The notes: generated from the letters alone by a model not told the origin. A DNA stretch of 63,047 nt, filler included, from Basidiobolus ranarum (GCA_040143965.1; 47 parts of 47 records of this genome joined end to end with filler, not necessarily neighbours in it), one strand, 5' to 3'. Shown: positions 1-12,132, counted from the whole stretch's first letter. Numbers and translations: made by a program.

Positions 1-113
1 AAGGAGCCCATTTGGGCGAGGATGATAGAGAGGCCGCAAGCTTTAAGGAGACTAGTTTTGCCGCAGGAGTTCATGGAGTAGAGGATAATACCGTCTTGGT
101 TGTTGGTACCACA
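1..113 (-). CDS. MutS-family ATPase Walker-A fragment (MutS7-like)
   Basis: Minus frame reads CGTNNQDGIILYSMNSCGKTSLLKACGLSIILAQMGS and runs off the contig; matches the MutS N-x-x-GK[ST]...IILAQxG motif. Confidence 0.7.
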
Positions 114-489
114 CTACCAACAAACCCCCAAAATACTTCAACACTTGGAGTGGCATTTAGAGTAAGAGTTTGAGTATGTGTTTTGTGCAAGCTATTTCTA
201 TACATATAATAACTAGTTGTAATGCGTGAGACTACCTTGCTATATATAATATACTGGATAACTGATAATATGCTCAAGTTGAACTCGGTGAGAAAATACT
301 TTAGAACAATTTGTTAGCAGTCAGAGCTAGTGCGTTTTTATTTACAGTAAATGTTGAGTGATTTTTTCCATTCTAGACAAATTGCCCCCCTACCTAACTA
401 AAAACCTCCCACTGTTATTCACTACTACTTCAATGAACAAAGATACTCTATTTCCATCCCAGAAAACATAAACTATTTTTTTTTCAGAG

Positions 490-777
490 CTAGAAGAATT
501 GGTGGTTTTCATTTATTGATTTATTGAGTATTCAGTTGACATTTATAGTTTTGTCAAGATATAAACATACTAACGTGTAGAATATGTTAAGGAAGGTCCC
601 AGAAACATGTGTGCAATGTTTGGGGCTTCTAGCACAAGTTATCAAAATCTATATATCTGAGAACTTCTAAGTAAACTCCTCATGAGAATAATGGGTAATA
701 TCTTAGTGAAATATAAGATAGCTAAGTACTAAGCTCTATATGACTATATAGGTGTTTAGGCAATGCTAATTTCAACA
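490..777 (-). mobile_element. Copia LTR family A, partial
   Basis: Reverse complement of TGTTGAAATTAGCATTGCCTAAACACC... seen at 8202, 22683, 25849. Confidence 0.85.
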
Positions 778-1075
778 TGATATACACCCATGTGGACCCC
801 TATAAGATCGCTTTCTCCCAGCAAAGTACAATATACTATGTGTACAAATTATTTACTAATCTCTGTTCTTTCAACTGATAGAAGGATTTTGAACGTGTTT
901 AAAAGAAAACATTCATTGGGGTGAATTGAAATGAAATAATCGTGAAAATGGTCATAATTACATTATCCTACAATTGGTTAAGTGGTTTAAAAAAATCGAT
1001 TTCAAACATACGGATATATGTGATATTATATCACTGGTAAATTCCTCTAAGCGAACTAGTCACCAGAAAAAAACC

Positions 1076-1250
1076 ATGGACTCTTTCGCGTTGCCAGCTC
1101 CCAAGCAAAAGCCAGGAAAGTCGGCCGATTTGGAAGGTAAAAAACCCAAGGAGGAGGCCACTGAATTTAAAATACCATCGTCGATAGAACCCTCAGGTAA
1201 GTTTCCCATTGTAACTTCTGAAGGTTCTGATTTTATTGACTTTCAGCTTT
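1076..1250 (+). CDS. 5' end of an unidentified gene (exon 1076-1196, intron 1197-1246)
   Basis: ATG in AAACCATGG context, MDSFALPAPKQKPGK..., GTAAGT donor and TTTCAG acceptor. Confidence 0.6.
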
Positions 1251-1350
1251 NNNNNNNNNNNNNNNNNNNNNNNNNNNNNNNNNNNNNNNNNNNNTTAATT
1301 AATTAANNNNNNNNNNNNNNNNNNNNNNNNNNNNNNNNNNNNNNNNNNNN
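1251..1350. other. Artificial contig linker N44-TTAATTAATTAA-N44 (first of 46, about every 1.34 kb)
   Basis: Identical 100-nt block with stops in all six frames; contig lengths between linkers decrease steadily. Confidence 0.99.
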
Positions 1351-1909
1351 GATGCAAATGGGTGTTTAAAGTTAAACAGCAAGCTGATGGATCTGTAGAA
1401 AGATGTAAAGCCAGACTTGTGGCTAAAGGATACTCTCAAATAGAAGGAGTGGACTACAATGAAGCATTTGCTCCTGTAGTAAAGTTTAATTCCATCAGAA
1501 CTGTACTAGCTGTAGTAGCAAAACACAGCTTAAAAATCCATCAAATGGATGCTAAAACTGCTTTTTTGAATGGGGACTTGAAAGAGCTTGTATTTGTGGA
1601 TCAACTTGATGGTTTTGTGGATCCTGAGCACCCTGAGAATGCGTGTAAGCCACAAAATTAACTTTATGGACTCAAACAATCAGCCTGGGTCTGGTACAAT
1701 AAGATAGACACATACTTGGAATCACTTGATTTCCAAAAGAGTATGGCGGATTTTGGGATCCACTTGAAGACAGTTAAGGAGAGTAAGGTGATACTTGCCT
1801 TATATGTAGATGATCTGATAATAGCTACCAATAAGGATGAAGCTCTCAGGAACACCAAAAGAGATCTATCAGTCCAATTCAAGATGACCAATTTAGGTGA
1901 ACTTACATA
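1351..1909 (+). mobile_element. Ty1/copia RT fragment, degenerate
   Basis: KARLVAKGYSQ, QMDAKTAFLNG, LYVDDLII. Confidence 0.95.
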
Positions 1910-2599
1910 CCCTAACAGAAATTTGAGGATGGTTATTGTAGGAAATTGTCACAATTTTAATCCATTTAGGATTGACTGTTTACTTACCATCATAAATATG
2001 TCAAGTTAGATTTGATTTTAATCAATTTTTTCAGTTTCAGGAGTGAAATTTTTAGGTCTTGCAAAATAGTTGCACTTGATTGGTTACAATCTCAGTGAAC
2101 TATGGATCAACACATGTGCAAAAAAGGTTACTCAAATTTTACACAATTACCACTTGAATGCTAATTTGTCATCTTCAAAAGCCCTAATCTCTTTGATATA
2201 TTCTCCTAAATATCTTTATAGAGTTTTTCATACCCAAGGTTTAGCTCATATGCAACAGGAGTTTGTATTAATATCTTCATCAAAGCCCACCATGCTATCA
2301 ACATTGCTGAATCAACATTCTTCCAGCTATCTGGCGGATACCCTGCAATATTGTGCCACTCTGTATTAAGTTCTTCCCAGATATCTGCATGGTCAACACC
2401 AGACTGAATGTCAAGCTGAATGTTCTTCTTCTGAAGCCACTTTCTGCATACTTGCACTGTGTTTTTCCCTTCATACTTTTGAAAATACTCCTCAAGCACT
2501 TTGACTATTTTTGTATGTCCTTGTAGTGTGACACTACTGAGGGTGCTTTGCAATGTTTGTGCGGCTTTTTGCTTGCCTTGATGGACTAATTTCAACACT
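1910..2599. mobile_element. CMC/EnSpm-type transposon left end with 3' part of a minus-strand accessory ORF
   Basis: Starts CCCTAACAGAAATTTGAGG and interrupts copia RT; same end at 5918, 25800, 26548, 44598, 45845. Confidence 0.8.
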
Positions 2600-2699
2600 N
2601 NNNNNNNNNNNNNNNNNNNNNNNNNNNNNNNNNNNNNNNNNNNTTAATTAATTAANNNNNNNNNNNNNNNNNNNNNNNNNNNNNNNNNNNNNNNNNNNN

Positions 2700-3317
2700 T
2701 CCTCTTGCTAAATAAGATATTAATTCGATTACTACTAGTAAAGGTACTAAACCTAAAGGAGTTCCTGCTGGTATGAAGTAGCTAAAGAATGCTAATTTAT
2801 GTCTTTGTAGACCTAAAATAGTTACTCCTATTAAAATAGCTATACTAAAACTAAATGTTAATGCCATATGAGAAGTAGGAGTAAAGCTATAAGGAACCAT
2901 TCCTAATAAATTTGAGAATAGAATAAAGTTAAATAAAGCAAATATAAATGGTAAGTATTGCTCATTTACTGGACCGTTTCCTATTTGATCTCTTACTAAT
3001 GAATGTACTGAGCTATAAGCTGATTCTTGAAAGATTGAGCTTTTACTTGCTAATACTTTTCTTTGGCTAGCAGTAAAATAAGCTATAGCTAAAAAGATTG
3101 AACTTGCTATAATTATTTGTAAACCTATGTTAGTTATTACCGATATCTCTGAAGATAATCCAAAGATAGGTGCAGATATTGTTAATAAATCGTAAATTTC
3201 AAATTGCTCTAATGGATTTAAAATGGGTGCACTCACCGGTGCGATATTCATGGGGCTTCCGAAGGCTACGCTTGGAAATAAAGGGGCCATCATAGAAGAA
3301 TGTAGGTTCAATTGCAT
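2700..3317 (-). CDS. atp6: Mitochondrial-type ATP synthase subunit a, 3'-truncated
   Basis: NPLEQF, NLLGMVPYSFTPTSH, PAGTPLGLVPLLVVIELISYLAR; AT-rich codons; exact start uncertain. Confidence 0.95.
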
Positions 3318-3374
3318 TTTTAGGTTTGGTTGCGGGGCAACTTTCGTTAATTAACTTTCCTTTTTTTATTCTTG

Positions 3375-3948
3375 ATTGGGTGGTGTGCCGGCCCCCCTGC
3401 TTGGGGGGCCCCCGCAGCCCGTGCTTCGCCGGACTAGGGCCCCCGGGGGCCCCTTCGCCCAACCCCCCCCCCAAAGGGGGGGGCGGGGGGGGGGTGGGCC
3501 CCCCCCCGGGGGGCCCCCCCCCCCCCCCGAGCAGTGCTTCGCAGGGGAGAGTGACTTTAAAAAACGCCTACCCGCCGAAGGGGGTCCCCTCTTTTCTCTT
3601 TAAATGCCAATGGTGCGCTATCCGATCCCCGGCTTTACCTGACTGCCCGGGGGAGGAGGGGGGCCTTTCCCCCCTCCGTAAGAGCCCCACACCCGCCCCC
3701 CCCCCTGCCCCCCCCCCTCCGGGGAAGCCCTGGATGGGTGCCCCCACCTCCCCCCTAATCCCTACGGACTCCAAAGGGGAAGCACGGGGGGGGGGGCGGG
3801 TGTGGCCCCTCCCCGATCCCTTCCCCCCCCCGACCCGTTTGCCCTTTTACCCCCAACGCCCCCCCTTCAAGGGGGGGGGCGTTGCCCGGGGAAGGATCAG
3901 GGTCGGGGGCCCCCCCCCCGAAGGGCGGGGGGGGGGCCGACGGGGCGT
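3375..3948. repeat. GC-cluster / hairpin-element array upstream of atp6
   Basis: Paired G and C runs, e.g. palindrome AGGGCCCCCGGGGGCCCT at 3436-3453; recurrent CTTCG/CGAAG. Confidence 0.75.
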
Positions 3949-4048
3949 NNNNNNNNNNNNNNNNNNNNNNNNNNNNNNNNNNNNNNNNNNNNTTAATTAA
4001 TTAANNNNNNNNNNNNNNNNNNNNNNNNNNNNNNNNNNNNNNNNNNNN

Positions 4049-5006
4049 ATTTGAATCCAAGAACATCTGATTCAAGCCATTTTTGGTCATGTTAAGATTT
4101 GTCTCCATTGGGATAGATACTGGATTACATTCTTCTGTTTTGAATTTCTCTAGTATTTCTAGGATATACTTAGAGTGGTTTAAAGTTATTGTTTTGGTAG
4201 TTCTATTTTTCTTAATTTGGATTCCAAGACAGTATGTCAGTTCACCTAGTTCAGTCATTTTGAATTTGGCACATAAGCTGGATTTGGTTTTCTCCAAAGG
4301 CTTCAAGTCATTGGTTGCTATATTAAGGTCATCTACATATAAGGTTAATAAAACTGGGTTTGTCTTATCTGGCCTGAAGTAGATACTATAGTCAGTATTA
4401 CTCTTTTGGAATTTGAGTGTTTCTAAAAAACATCTATCTTGCTATTCCAAGCTCTTGGAGATTGTTTTAAGCAATAGAGTTTTCACAAGAGTCTGCAAAC
4501 TTTTTCAGGGTCTTCTGGGACCACAAATCCATCTGGCTGGTCCATATAGATCTTCTCAGCAAGCTCACTATTCAAAAAGGCAGTTTTAACACCTATTTGA
4601 TTTATAATAAACTGATATTTAGCTGAAATTGCTAAATCAATCTAATTGTATTAAGCTTTGCTACAGAAGCAAAAGTTTCTGTATAATCTATTACTGGTGT
4701 TTGGGAATAGCCTTTGGCTACTAGTCTAGCCTTGTGCCTTTCTATATTGCCATCAGAGTTGTATTTAACTTTAAACACCCATTGCAGCCAAAGGATTTTC
4801 TATCATCAGGTTAGTTGGTTAAAATCCAAGTTTGATTATCAATCAAAGCCTGGTACTCATCAGCCATTGCAGATGTCCAAAATTTCATGTGAAGGCCATT
4901 TAGGGCCTCTTTTACAGTCAGGGATTCATGTATTTGAGCTGTGCAGGCATAGGTCTGCTTTTGGTACTCATTGATATAGTAATCAGGGCTATTTCTGATT
5001 TGATTT
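4049..5006 (-). mobile_element. Ty1/copia RT fragment
   Basis: LYVDDL, KFKMTELGELTYCLGIQI, KARLVAKGY on minus strand. Confidence 0.9.
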
Positions 5007-5297
5007 TGTTGGATAATTAATCTTTAATCAACTTCTTAGTTAACTTTAGATATGATACATATATAAGAAACAGAAAGCAACGTATCTATAGCCCCTATAT
5101 TCTAAATAGGTATATCTCTATATCTATATAACAAGTATGTCTTATTACCCCCACTTATCTATTATGTTTTATTACACAAACTCCTCAATATCTCAAACAA
5201 TTGATTTACTTTTCTACTATATAAGGCACCATATACTCTTAAGAATAAACTAACTAAAACACACTATCATAAGTTGCTTCTAATACTCAAAGTCTAC
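5007..5297 (+). mobile_element. Copia LTR family B
   Basis: TGTTGGATAATTAATCTTT..., same as the LTR after the PPT at 62823. Confidence 0.85.
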
Positions 5298-5397
5298 NNN
5301 NNNNNNNNNNNNNNNNNNNNNNNNNNNNNNNNNNNNNNNNNTTAATTAATTAANNNNNNNNNNNNNNNNNNNNNNNNNNNNNNNNNNNNNNNNNNNN

Positions 5398-5811
5398 GCA
5401 TATTGATGTTGTTGAGTTATATCTGATCAGTCAAGTATGTGCATATGTTGAGACTAAACAAAACAAGATTCTTATATTTTTAAATTCTCATTATGGCTGG
5501 AATACAAAGCCTAAAATAACTAAATAAAGGCATGCATATTAATTCAAATTCCTACAGCAGTAAACCCAGTAATTTGCCATTTGAAACTGATATTATGCAA
5601 AAATTGGTGGAAATGAATAACATTTGCCAAATATGTGAGTCAATGATTTAACATGTATGAATACCACTGTAACACCATCAAGAAGCCACCATCACACCAT
5701 CATAATCCCTGGTAGAATGCAAGCCACCAATATTTTGACAGTTCTCTGACAGTTTTGTGATTTAGAAGGGTGGATCCAATCCAGATCAAATTGATTTTAT
5801 TTTTGTTAGGG
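5398..5811 (+). mobile_element. CMC transposon right end (transposase 3' end plus TIR)
   Basis: Ends ATTTTTGTTAGGG; homologous to 43157-43916 and to 46197 onward. Confidence 0.8.
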
Positions 5812-5917
5812 TCTGTGGCAAGCAACAGTTGCTAATCACTGTGGTGAAAGTGTAAGAAAACTAATAAACACCTGGTTGCTAAGATTGGAGTGAACTCTTC
5901 ACTCCTCAATAATCAAA

Positions 5918-6354
5918 CTCTAACAGAAATTTGAGGATTGTAATCATAGGAAAACCATCACAATTTTAATCCATTTGGGATTGACTGTTTACTTACCTTC
6001 ACAAAATTATCAAGTTACTTTTGATTTTCATCAATTTTTTTAGTTGCAGGAGTGAAATTTCAAGATCTCACAAAATAGTTGCACATAATTGGCTACAATC
6101 TTAGAGAACTATGGATCAACACATGTGCAAAAAACATAACTCAAATTTTACACAATTAACACTTGTGCACTAATTTGTCACCTTCAAAATCTCTAGTCTC
6201 TTTGATATATTCTCTTGAATATATTTGTAGAGTTCTTCATACCCAATGTTTAGCTCAGACCCAACACAAGTTTGTATCAATATCTCCATCAAAGCCCACC
6301 ATTGTACTAATGTTGCTTCACCAACATTCTTCCAGCTTGTTGGTGGATACCCTG
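5918..6354. mobile_element. CMC transposon left end
   Basis: CTCTAACAGAAATTTGAGG..., homologous to 1910 onward. Confidence 0.8.
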
Positions 6355-6645
6355 TGTCAGAATAAGGAACTGAACAAGGACTGGGAACAATGACAAGAGC
6401 CTAGTAGGCAGGAGAGTACTTGGGTGTAGACCACAAGATGAGACTGGACAAGAAAGCTACTTTGGCAAGAATCTTTATTGATAACTGGCGCTGATCAGAC
6501 TGAGGTCTGATCAAGGAATACATGGGGCTTATAAAGATATTGCAAGGTGAAACATAATATACTAAATAGGGAATATACTGTGGCAAGTTTGAGAGTTGGG
6601 GTGTTAGGGACTACAAGGACCAATACAAAGAGGGATGATGTAAGG
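6355..6645 (-). mobile_element. Chromovirus (gypsy) LTR family D inserted in CMC
   Basis: TGTCAGAATAAGGAACTG... matches the LTR at 35160-35679. Confidence 0.8.
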
Positions 6646-6744
6646 NNNNNNNNNNNNNNNNNNNNNNNNNNNNNNNNNNNNNNNNNNNNTTAATTAATTA
6701 ANNNNNNNNNNNNNNNNNNNNNNNNNNNNNNNNNNNNNNNNNNN

Positions 6745-7992
6745 NTCCATATAGACCTTCTCTGTAAGCTCACCATTCAAAAAAGCTGTTTTAGCATCCA
6801 TTTGATGTTTAGTAAACTAATATTTAGCTGAAATTGCCAAAATCAATCCAATTGAGTTAGACTGGGCTACAGGAGCAAAAGTTTCTGTATAATCTATTCC
6901 TGGTGTGTGGAATAGCCTTTGGCTACTAATCTAGCCTTGTATCTTTCTAGAATGCCATCAGAGTTGTATTTAACTTTGAACACCCATTGGCAGCCAATTG
7001 ATTTTCTATCATCAAGTAAGTTGGTTAAAATCCAAGTTTGATTTGCAATGAAAGCCTGGTACTCATCTGCCATTGCAGATCTCCAAAACTTCATGTGAGG
7101 GCCATTCCAGGCCTGTTTTACAGTCTGGGGTTCATGTATTTGAGCTGTGCAGGCATGGGCCCAATTTTGGGACTCATTGATATAGTAATCAGGGCTTTTT
7201 CTGATCCAATTTGATCTCCTAGTTTGGGATAAAGGTACTTCAACTTCTGTCATTATATTGGGCACTTCAGTTAGTAAAATATTGGTTGAAGGGTCCACAG
7301 GAATGCTATTTTCTTCATGTGTTGGTTTGAATCAATTTGAGTGATTGGATCAGGAGAAAATTGATTTTTGTCATCATCTGAGATCATTTTGTGTGAAAAC
7401 CTTTCATTTTCATTAAACAAAACATCCCTGGACTTGATTAACTTCAAATTCTTGATATCACAGAGTCTGTAGGCCTTAGTTTGAGTACAATAACCCAGAA
7501 ATATGCAATTCTTACTTTTTGGATCAAATTTAGACCAATTTTTGATCATAATTTTGACATAAGCAATGCATCCAAAGATCCTCAAATGTTTATATCAGGT
7601 TTAACTCCAAACCAAGCTTGATATGGTGTACAGTAAGAAAGACTTTTAGTAAAACTCCTATTCTTCAGATATACGGCTGTAGCAACAGATTTGACTCAAA
7701 AATTATGAGATAAATTTTGTGCATTTATCATAGATCTTGCCATCTCTATTATAGTCCTGTTAGCTCTTTCAGCAACTCCATTTCGTTGAGATGAACAGGG
7801 GGCAGTAGTTTCTTGCTTAATTCCATGAACTTTGCAAAAGTGCTTAAATAGTTTTGAGTTATATTCTCCAACATTATCAGTGCATATTTTCTTGATTTTA
7901 GTTCCAATTTCAGTCTCCACAAGTGTTTTAAAATCTCTAAAGATAGAGAGAGCTTCTTCTTTTTTTTCCATAGAGTAGACCGAAGTGTTTGG
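6745..7992 (-). mobile_element. Ty1/copia integrase-RT fragment
   Basis: NGVAERANRT, RIFGCIAY, KARLVAKGY; frameshifted. Confidence 0.95.
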
Positions 7993-8092
7993 NNNNNNNN
8001 NNNNNNNNNNNNNNNNNNNNNNNNNNNNNNNNNNNNTTAATTAATTAANNNNNNNNNNNNNNNNNNNNNNNNNNNNNNNNNNNNNNNNNNNN

Positions 8093-8898
8093 CAGAAGAT
8101 ATGATTACTGATATATTAACCAAACCATTAGCTAGACAGAAATTTGAGAAATTTAGACCTTTAATAGGATTAGTTTATGTGACTATTTAGTTGAGGGAGA
8201 GTGATGAAATTAGCATTGCCTAAACACTTATATAGTCATTTATAGCTTAGTACTTAGTTATCTTACAATTCACTAAGATATTATCAATTATCCTCAATTG
8301 GAATTTACTTGAAATATTTGTACCAACTTAGAAGTTCTCAGATATAGATTTTTAAAACTTGTGCTAGAAGCCCCAAACTTGGCACACATGCTCCTGGGAC
8401 CTTCCTTAACACATTCTACATGCTAGTTTGTTTTCATCTTGACAAAACTATAAATGTCAACTTTCTACTCAATAAATCAATAAGTGAAAACCACCAATTC
8501 CTCTAATTCCCCAACCACTTCCAACAGGCTCCCAAATACTTTAACAATTTCCACCTAATATGTATTGTCTAAGCACTTGTACAATCATACATAGCTTAGT
8601 ATTCAGTTATCCCTTATTTTACTAAGATATCACCCTTTTTTCTCAATTGGAATTGTTTAGGAATATATTTACCAACTTAGAAGTGATCAGATGTATAAAT
8701 TTTTCAAACTAGTGCTAGAAGCCTCCAACTTTGCACCCATGTTCCTGGGACCTCCCATAATACATTCTATACCTTAGCTAGTATACATCATGGCACAACT
8801 ATAAATGTCAACTTTCATCTCAACAAATCAATAAGTGACAAACACCAATTTTGTTACTCTCCAAGTCACTTCCTACAGGCTCCCAAAGTACTTTAACA
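8093..8898 (+). mobile_element. Copia RNase H end, PPT, LTR A (8202-8546) and a second tandem LTR A (to 8898)
   Basis: DILTKPLARQKFEKFR, PPT TTGAGGGAGAG, both LTR copies end TACTTTAACA. Confidence 0.85.
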
Positions 8899-9127
8899 AT
8901 ATCTACTTCTCAAATTTCTGGAACATTTCTCTCCTCTGAATAATTCATTAGAACCAATAATCAAATTTAGAAAATTAAAATAAAAATGCAGCTACAAGCA
9001 AAAGAGCTTTGGGACACTATTACAGGAGAAGAAAATAAAACAAAACTGTGCAAAATCCAAGTTTTACCCTAGGCTAAAAAGAACAAAGTGTCTTTATCAC
9101 ACTGTATCTTAAATTAAAGGCAAGTTG

Positions 9128-9207
9128 TGTTGGATAATTAATCTTTATTCAATATCTTAGTTAACTTTAGTTATGATACATATACCAGAAGTAGAAAGCA
9201 ATGTATC
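9128..9207 (+). mobile_element. LTR B 5' part, interrupted by LTR E
   Basis: TGTTGGATAATTAATC...GCAATGTATC. Confidence 0.8.
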
Positions 9208-9339
9208 TGTTGAAAGTCTGGTGACTTGCGGTACAAGCAGTAATTCCCAAAGAGGAAAATATGGAGTATGGTGACTGCATCTGAACACAAAGTCTAAGGC
9301 TAATCAGTTGCTTGTATAGCTGAAATGCCAAAGTACCAT
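9208..9339 (+). mobile_element. LTR family E, 5' part (cut by contig end)
   Basis: TGTTGAAAGTCTGGTGACTTG..., near-identical to 21025 onward. Confidence 0.9.
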
Positions 9340-9439
9340 NNNNNNNNNNNNNNNNNNNNNNNNNNNNNNNNNNNNNNNNNNNNTTAATTAATTAANNNNN
9401 NNNNNNNNNNNNNNNNNNNNNNNNNNNNNNNNNNNNNNN

Positions 9440-10575
9440 GTGCTTGACAGTTATTGCTTCTTCAACCATGGTAGAAGCTTCATCTCTTTTGACTGGCCGT
9501 GACCGTGGTTGCATGGCAGTACGTGTTGGAGCAAGTTGTCTACCTTGTGGTTTGTGTTTGGCAGTTCTTGCCTCTTCAACCACGGTAGAAGCTTCATCTC
9601 TTTTGACTGGCCATGGCCGGGATCACATGGCAGTATGTGTTGGAGTGAGTCTTCTACCTTGTGGTTGTGTTCTGTGGTTCTTGCTTCTTCAACCATAGTG
9701 GAAGCTTCATCTCTTTTGACTGGCCATTGCCATGGTTGCATTCCAGTACATGTTGGAGCAAGTTGTATACCTTGAGGCTTGTGTTTGGCAGTTCTTGCCT
9801 CTTCAACCACGGTAGAAGCTTCATCTCTTTTGACTGGCTGCCATGATTTCTGTTGCATGGCAGAATGCATTGGAGCATATTGTCTACCTCAAGGTTTGTG
9901 TTTGACTGTTGTGGCTTCTTCAAGCTCAGTAAGAGCTTCACTATCTCTTGCAAACACTTGTTGTCTTGGTCTTGTGAGGGTACGCATAGTAGTGGATTGC
10001 TGTCTTAGTAGATTGCTCTCAGGTGTCAGATCTTCATCCAACAAAGTGGAAGGTTCAATAATTCTTGCGGTTGGCCTTTGTTGCTGTTGCGTGGTTGTAT
10101 GTGTTAAACCGCTCCTTGGAGCTGACTCTTCTCCAGATGTAAAAAGCTCACTGGTTGGTTTGGTTGAATCAGGTAAATTGCGCACTACAATGCATGAATA
10201 TGCAGGCCATCCTCTTTCTGGTTCTTCATTGACTGCTTGCTCTTCATCAAAAACGGGAGAAACATCACGGACTCTTCCAAGCTGGCATTGCTGTCAATGA
10301 GTACTACTAGCTGATGAACCAACTTTTTGGGCTCTTGCCCTTGTTGAAGGTGTTACCTCAATTCTAGTGGTGAGTTGTGTAGATTCTTCTTGTGAAATAG
10401 ATACCTCATCAGGAGTCTCTTTGATTTGGAGTGATCTAGTACATCTCTGCAATGGTCTAGATGGCTCCAATTTGCCTTCACAAATATCTTCTGATTCAAT
10501 AAATTGTCTTGCTTTTCTCTTTACACCTCTGTTGATTACTCTTGCCATAGTGTCCAGAAATGTTGTTTTGAACTC
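9440..10575 (-). repeat. Multicopy coding-like sequence with about 114-bp (38-aa) tandem repeats, degenerate
   Basis: Anchor GTAGAAGCTT-like at 9471, 9585, 9698, 9812, 9929; homologous to 13479-14330. Confidence 0.85.
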
Positions 10576-10686
10576 CTTATTGACCAGCTTCTGAACGACT
10601 TATTGAATGCTGAGAAGTATGCTGAAAGACGTGGTGCTGCCTATGGCTTAGCGGGTGCCGTTAAGGGATGTGGTATCGCATCTATC
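10570..10686 (+). CDS. GCN1: GCN1 HEAT-repeat fragment
   Basis: LLNAEKYAERRGAAYGLAGAVKGCGI matches the conserved GCN1 motif ER(R/K)GAAYGLAGxVKG. Confidence 0.8.
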
Positions 10687-10786
10687 NNNNNNNNNNNNNN
10701 NNNNNNNNNNNNNNNNNNNNNNNNNNNNNNTTAATTAATTAANNNNNNNNNNNNNNNNNNNNNNNNNNNNNNNNNNNNNNNNNNNN

Positions 10787-12032
10787 ACTAAGGAGTGATA
10801 ATGGTGGAGAATACTGCTCTAAAGACTTTACTAGTTTTTGCTCTAAACATGGAATTAAGCAACAAACTACTGTACCTTATACTCCACAGCAAAATGGGGT
10901 TGCATAACGTGCTAATAGGGCCATAGTGGAGATGGCAAGATCAATGTTACATGATCAAAAGTTAGATTACCAATATTGGTAACCTGATGGATTTGTTGAC
11001 CCAAAACATCCTGATAAGGTCAGGAAATTGCAAAAATCACTCTATGGACTCAAGCAAGCACCCAGGGCATGGTACAACAAGATAGATACTTATTTGGAAT
11101 CTCTGGAATTCTAAAAATGCACAGCAGATCACAGTATTTACATCAAAACAACCAGAAATAGGATGCTTATCTTGGCACTATAAGTGGATGACTTAGTCAT
11201 AGCCACAAATTCTCTAGAAGCACTTAATCTGACAAAAAGCAGCTTATCAAACCAATTTCAGATGACTGATATGGGTGAATTAAGTTATTTTCTTGGAATC
11301 CAAATCAAGAGAGATAAGCCCAATCAGAACATCATGCTGAATCAGTCTAGATACATCCTAGACATCCTAAAACACTTTGACATGGATAATAGCAAGCCTG
11401 TAACAACACCAATGGATCCCAATGGGAAACTAATTAAAATTTCATCTGCTTTGGCTCAAAATGAATCAAATCAAAGCCAGGAGTTTGCTTATCAATCCAT
11501 GGTTGGTGGTTTGACATATAAAATGGTTGGAACACATCCAGACATTGCTGTGGCAGTGGGAATGGTCAGCCAAATACCTCAAAAATTCAGGATCTGAGCA
11601 CAAAACAGCAGTAAAATATATATCTTGGTATTTGAGAGGAACTGTAGATCTAGTTCTGGAACACTCTGCCACTCCTGATGCATAAAATTTTGAAGGCTAC
11701 AGTGATGCAGACTGGGAAAGAAACCTTGATGATTGAAGATCAACAGCTGGATACACTTTTCTCTATGGTAATGGAGCCATAACTTAGAATAGTAAGAAGC
11801 AACCAACCATAGCACTTTCCACTACAGAAGCAGAGTATATGGCTACCTCTGCTACTACACAAGAAGCTATGTGGTTAACAAAGTTATTTACAGACTTAGG
11901 ATACGTGCAAAAATGTGCCATTACTGTATTTGAAGATAATCAAAGTTGTATTTCATTAGCTGAAAACCTTACATTTCATGCTAGAACAAAACATATGGAT
12001 ATTCGGCATCATTTTGTTAGAGAAGCAATGAA
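10787..12032 (+). mobile_element. Ty1/copia IN-RT-RNase H with internal deletion
   Basis: PYTPQQNG jumps to RT; ALSTTEAEY, FHARTKHMDIRHHF. Confidence 0.95.
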
Positions 12033-12132
12033 NNNNNNNNNNNNNNNNNNNNNNNNNNNNNNNNNNNNNNNNNNNNTTAATTAATTAANNNNNNNNNNNN
12101 NNNNNNNNNNNNNNNNNNNNNNNNNNNNNNNN

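Noticed and set aside
3199-4000. Pro/Gly-rich ORFs
   Set aside because: Produced by stop-free G/C runs in the GC-cluster region
9440-9960. 114-bp repeats as a CRISPR array
   Set aside because: Whole units are homologous with no unique spacers, the length is a multiple of three, and the context is eukaryotic
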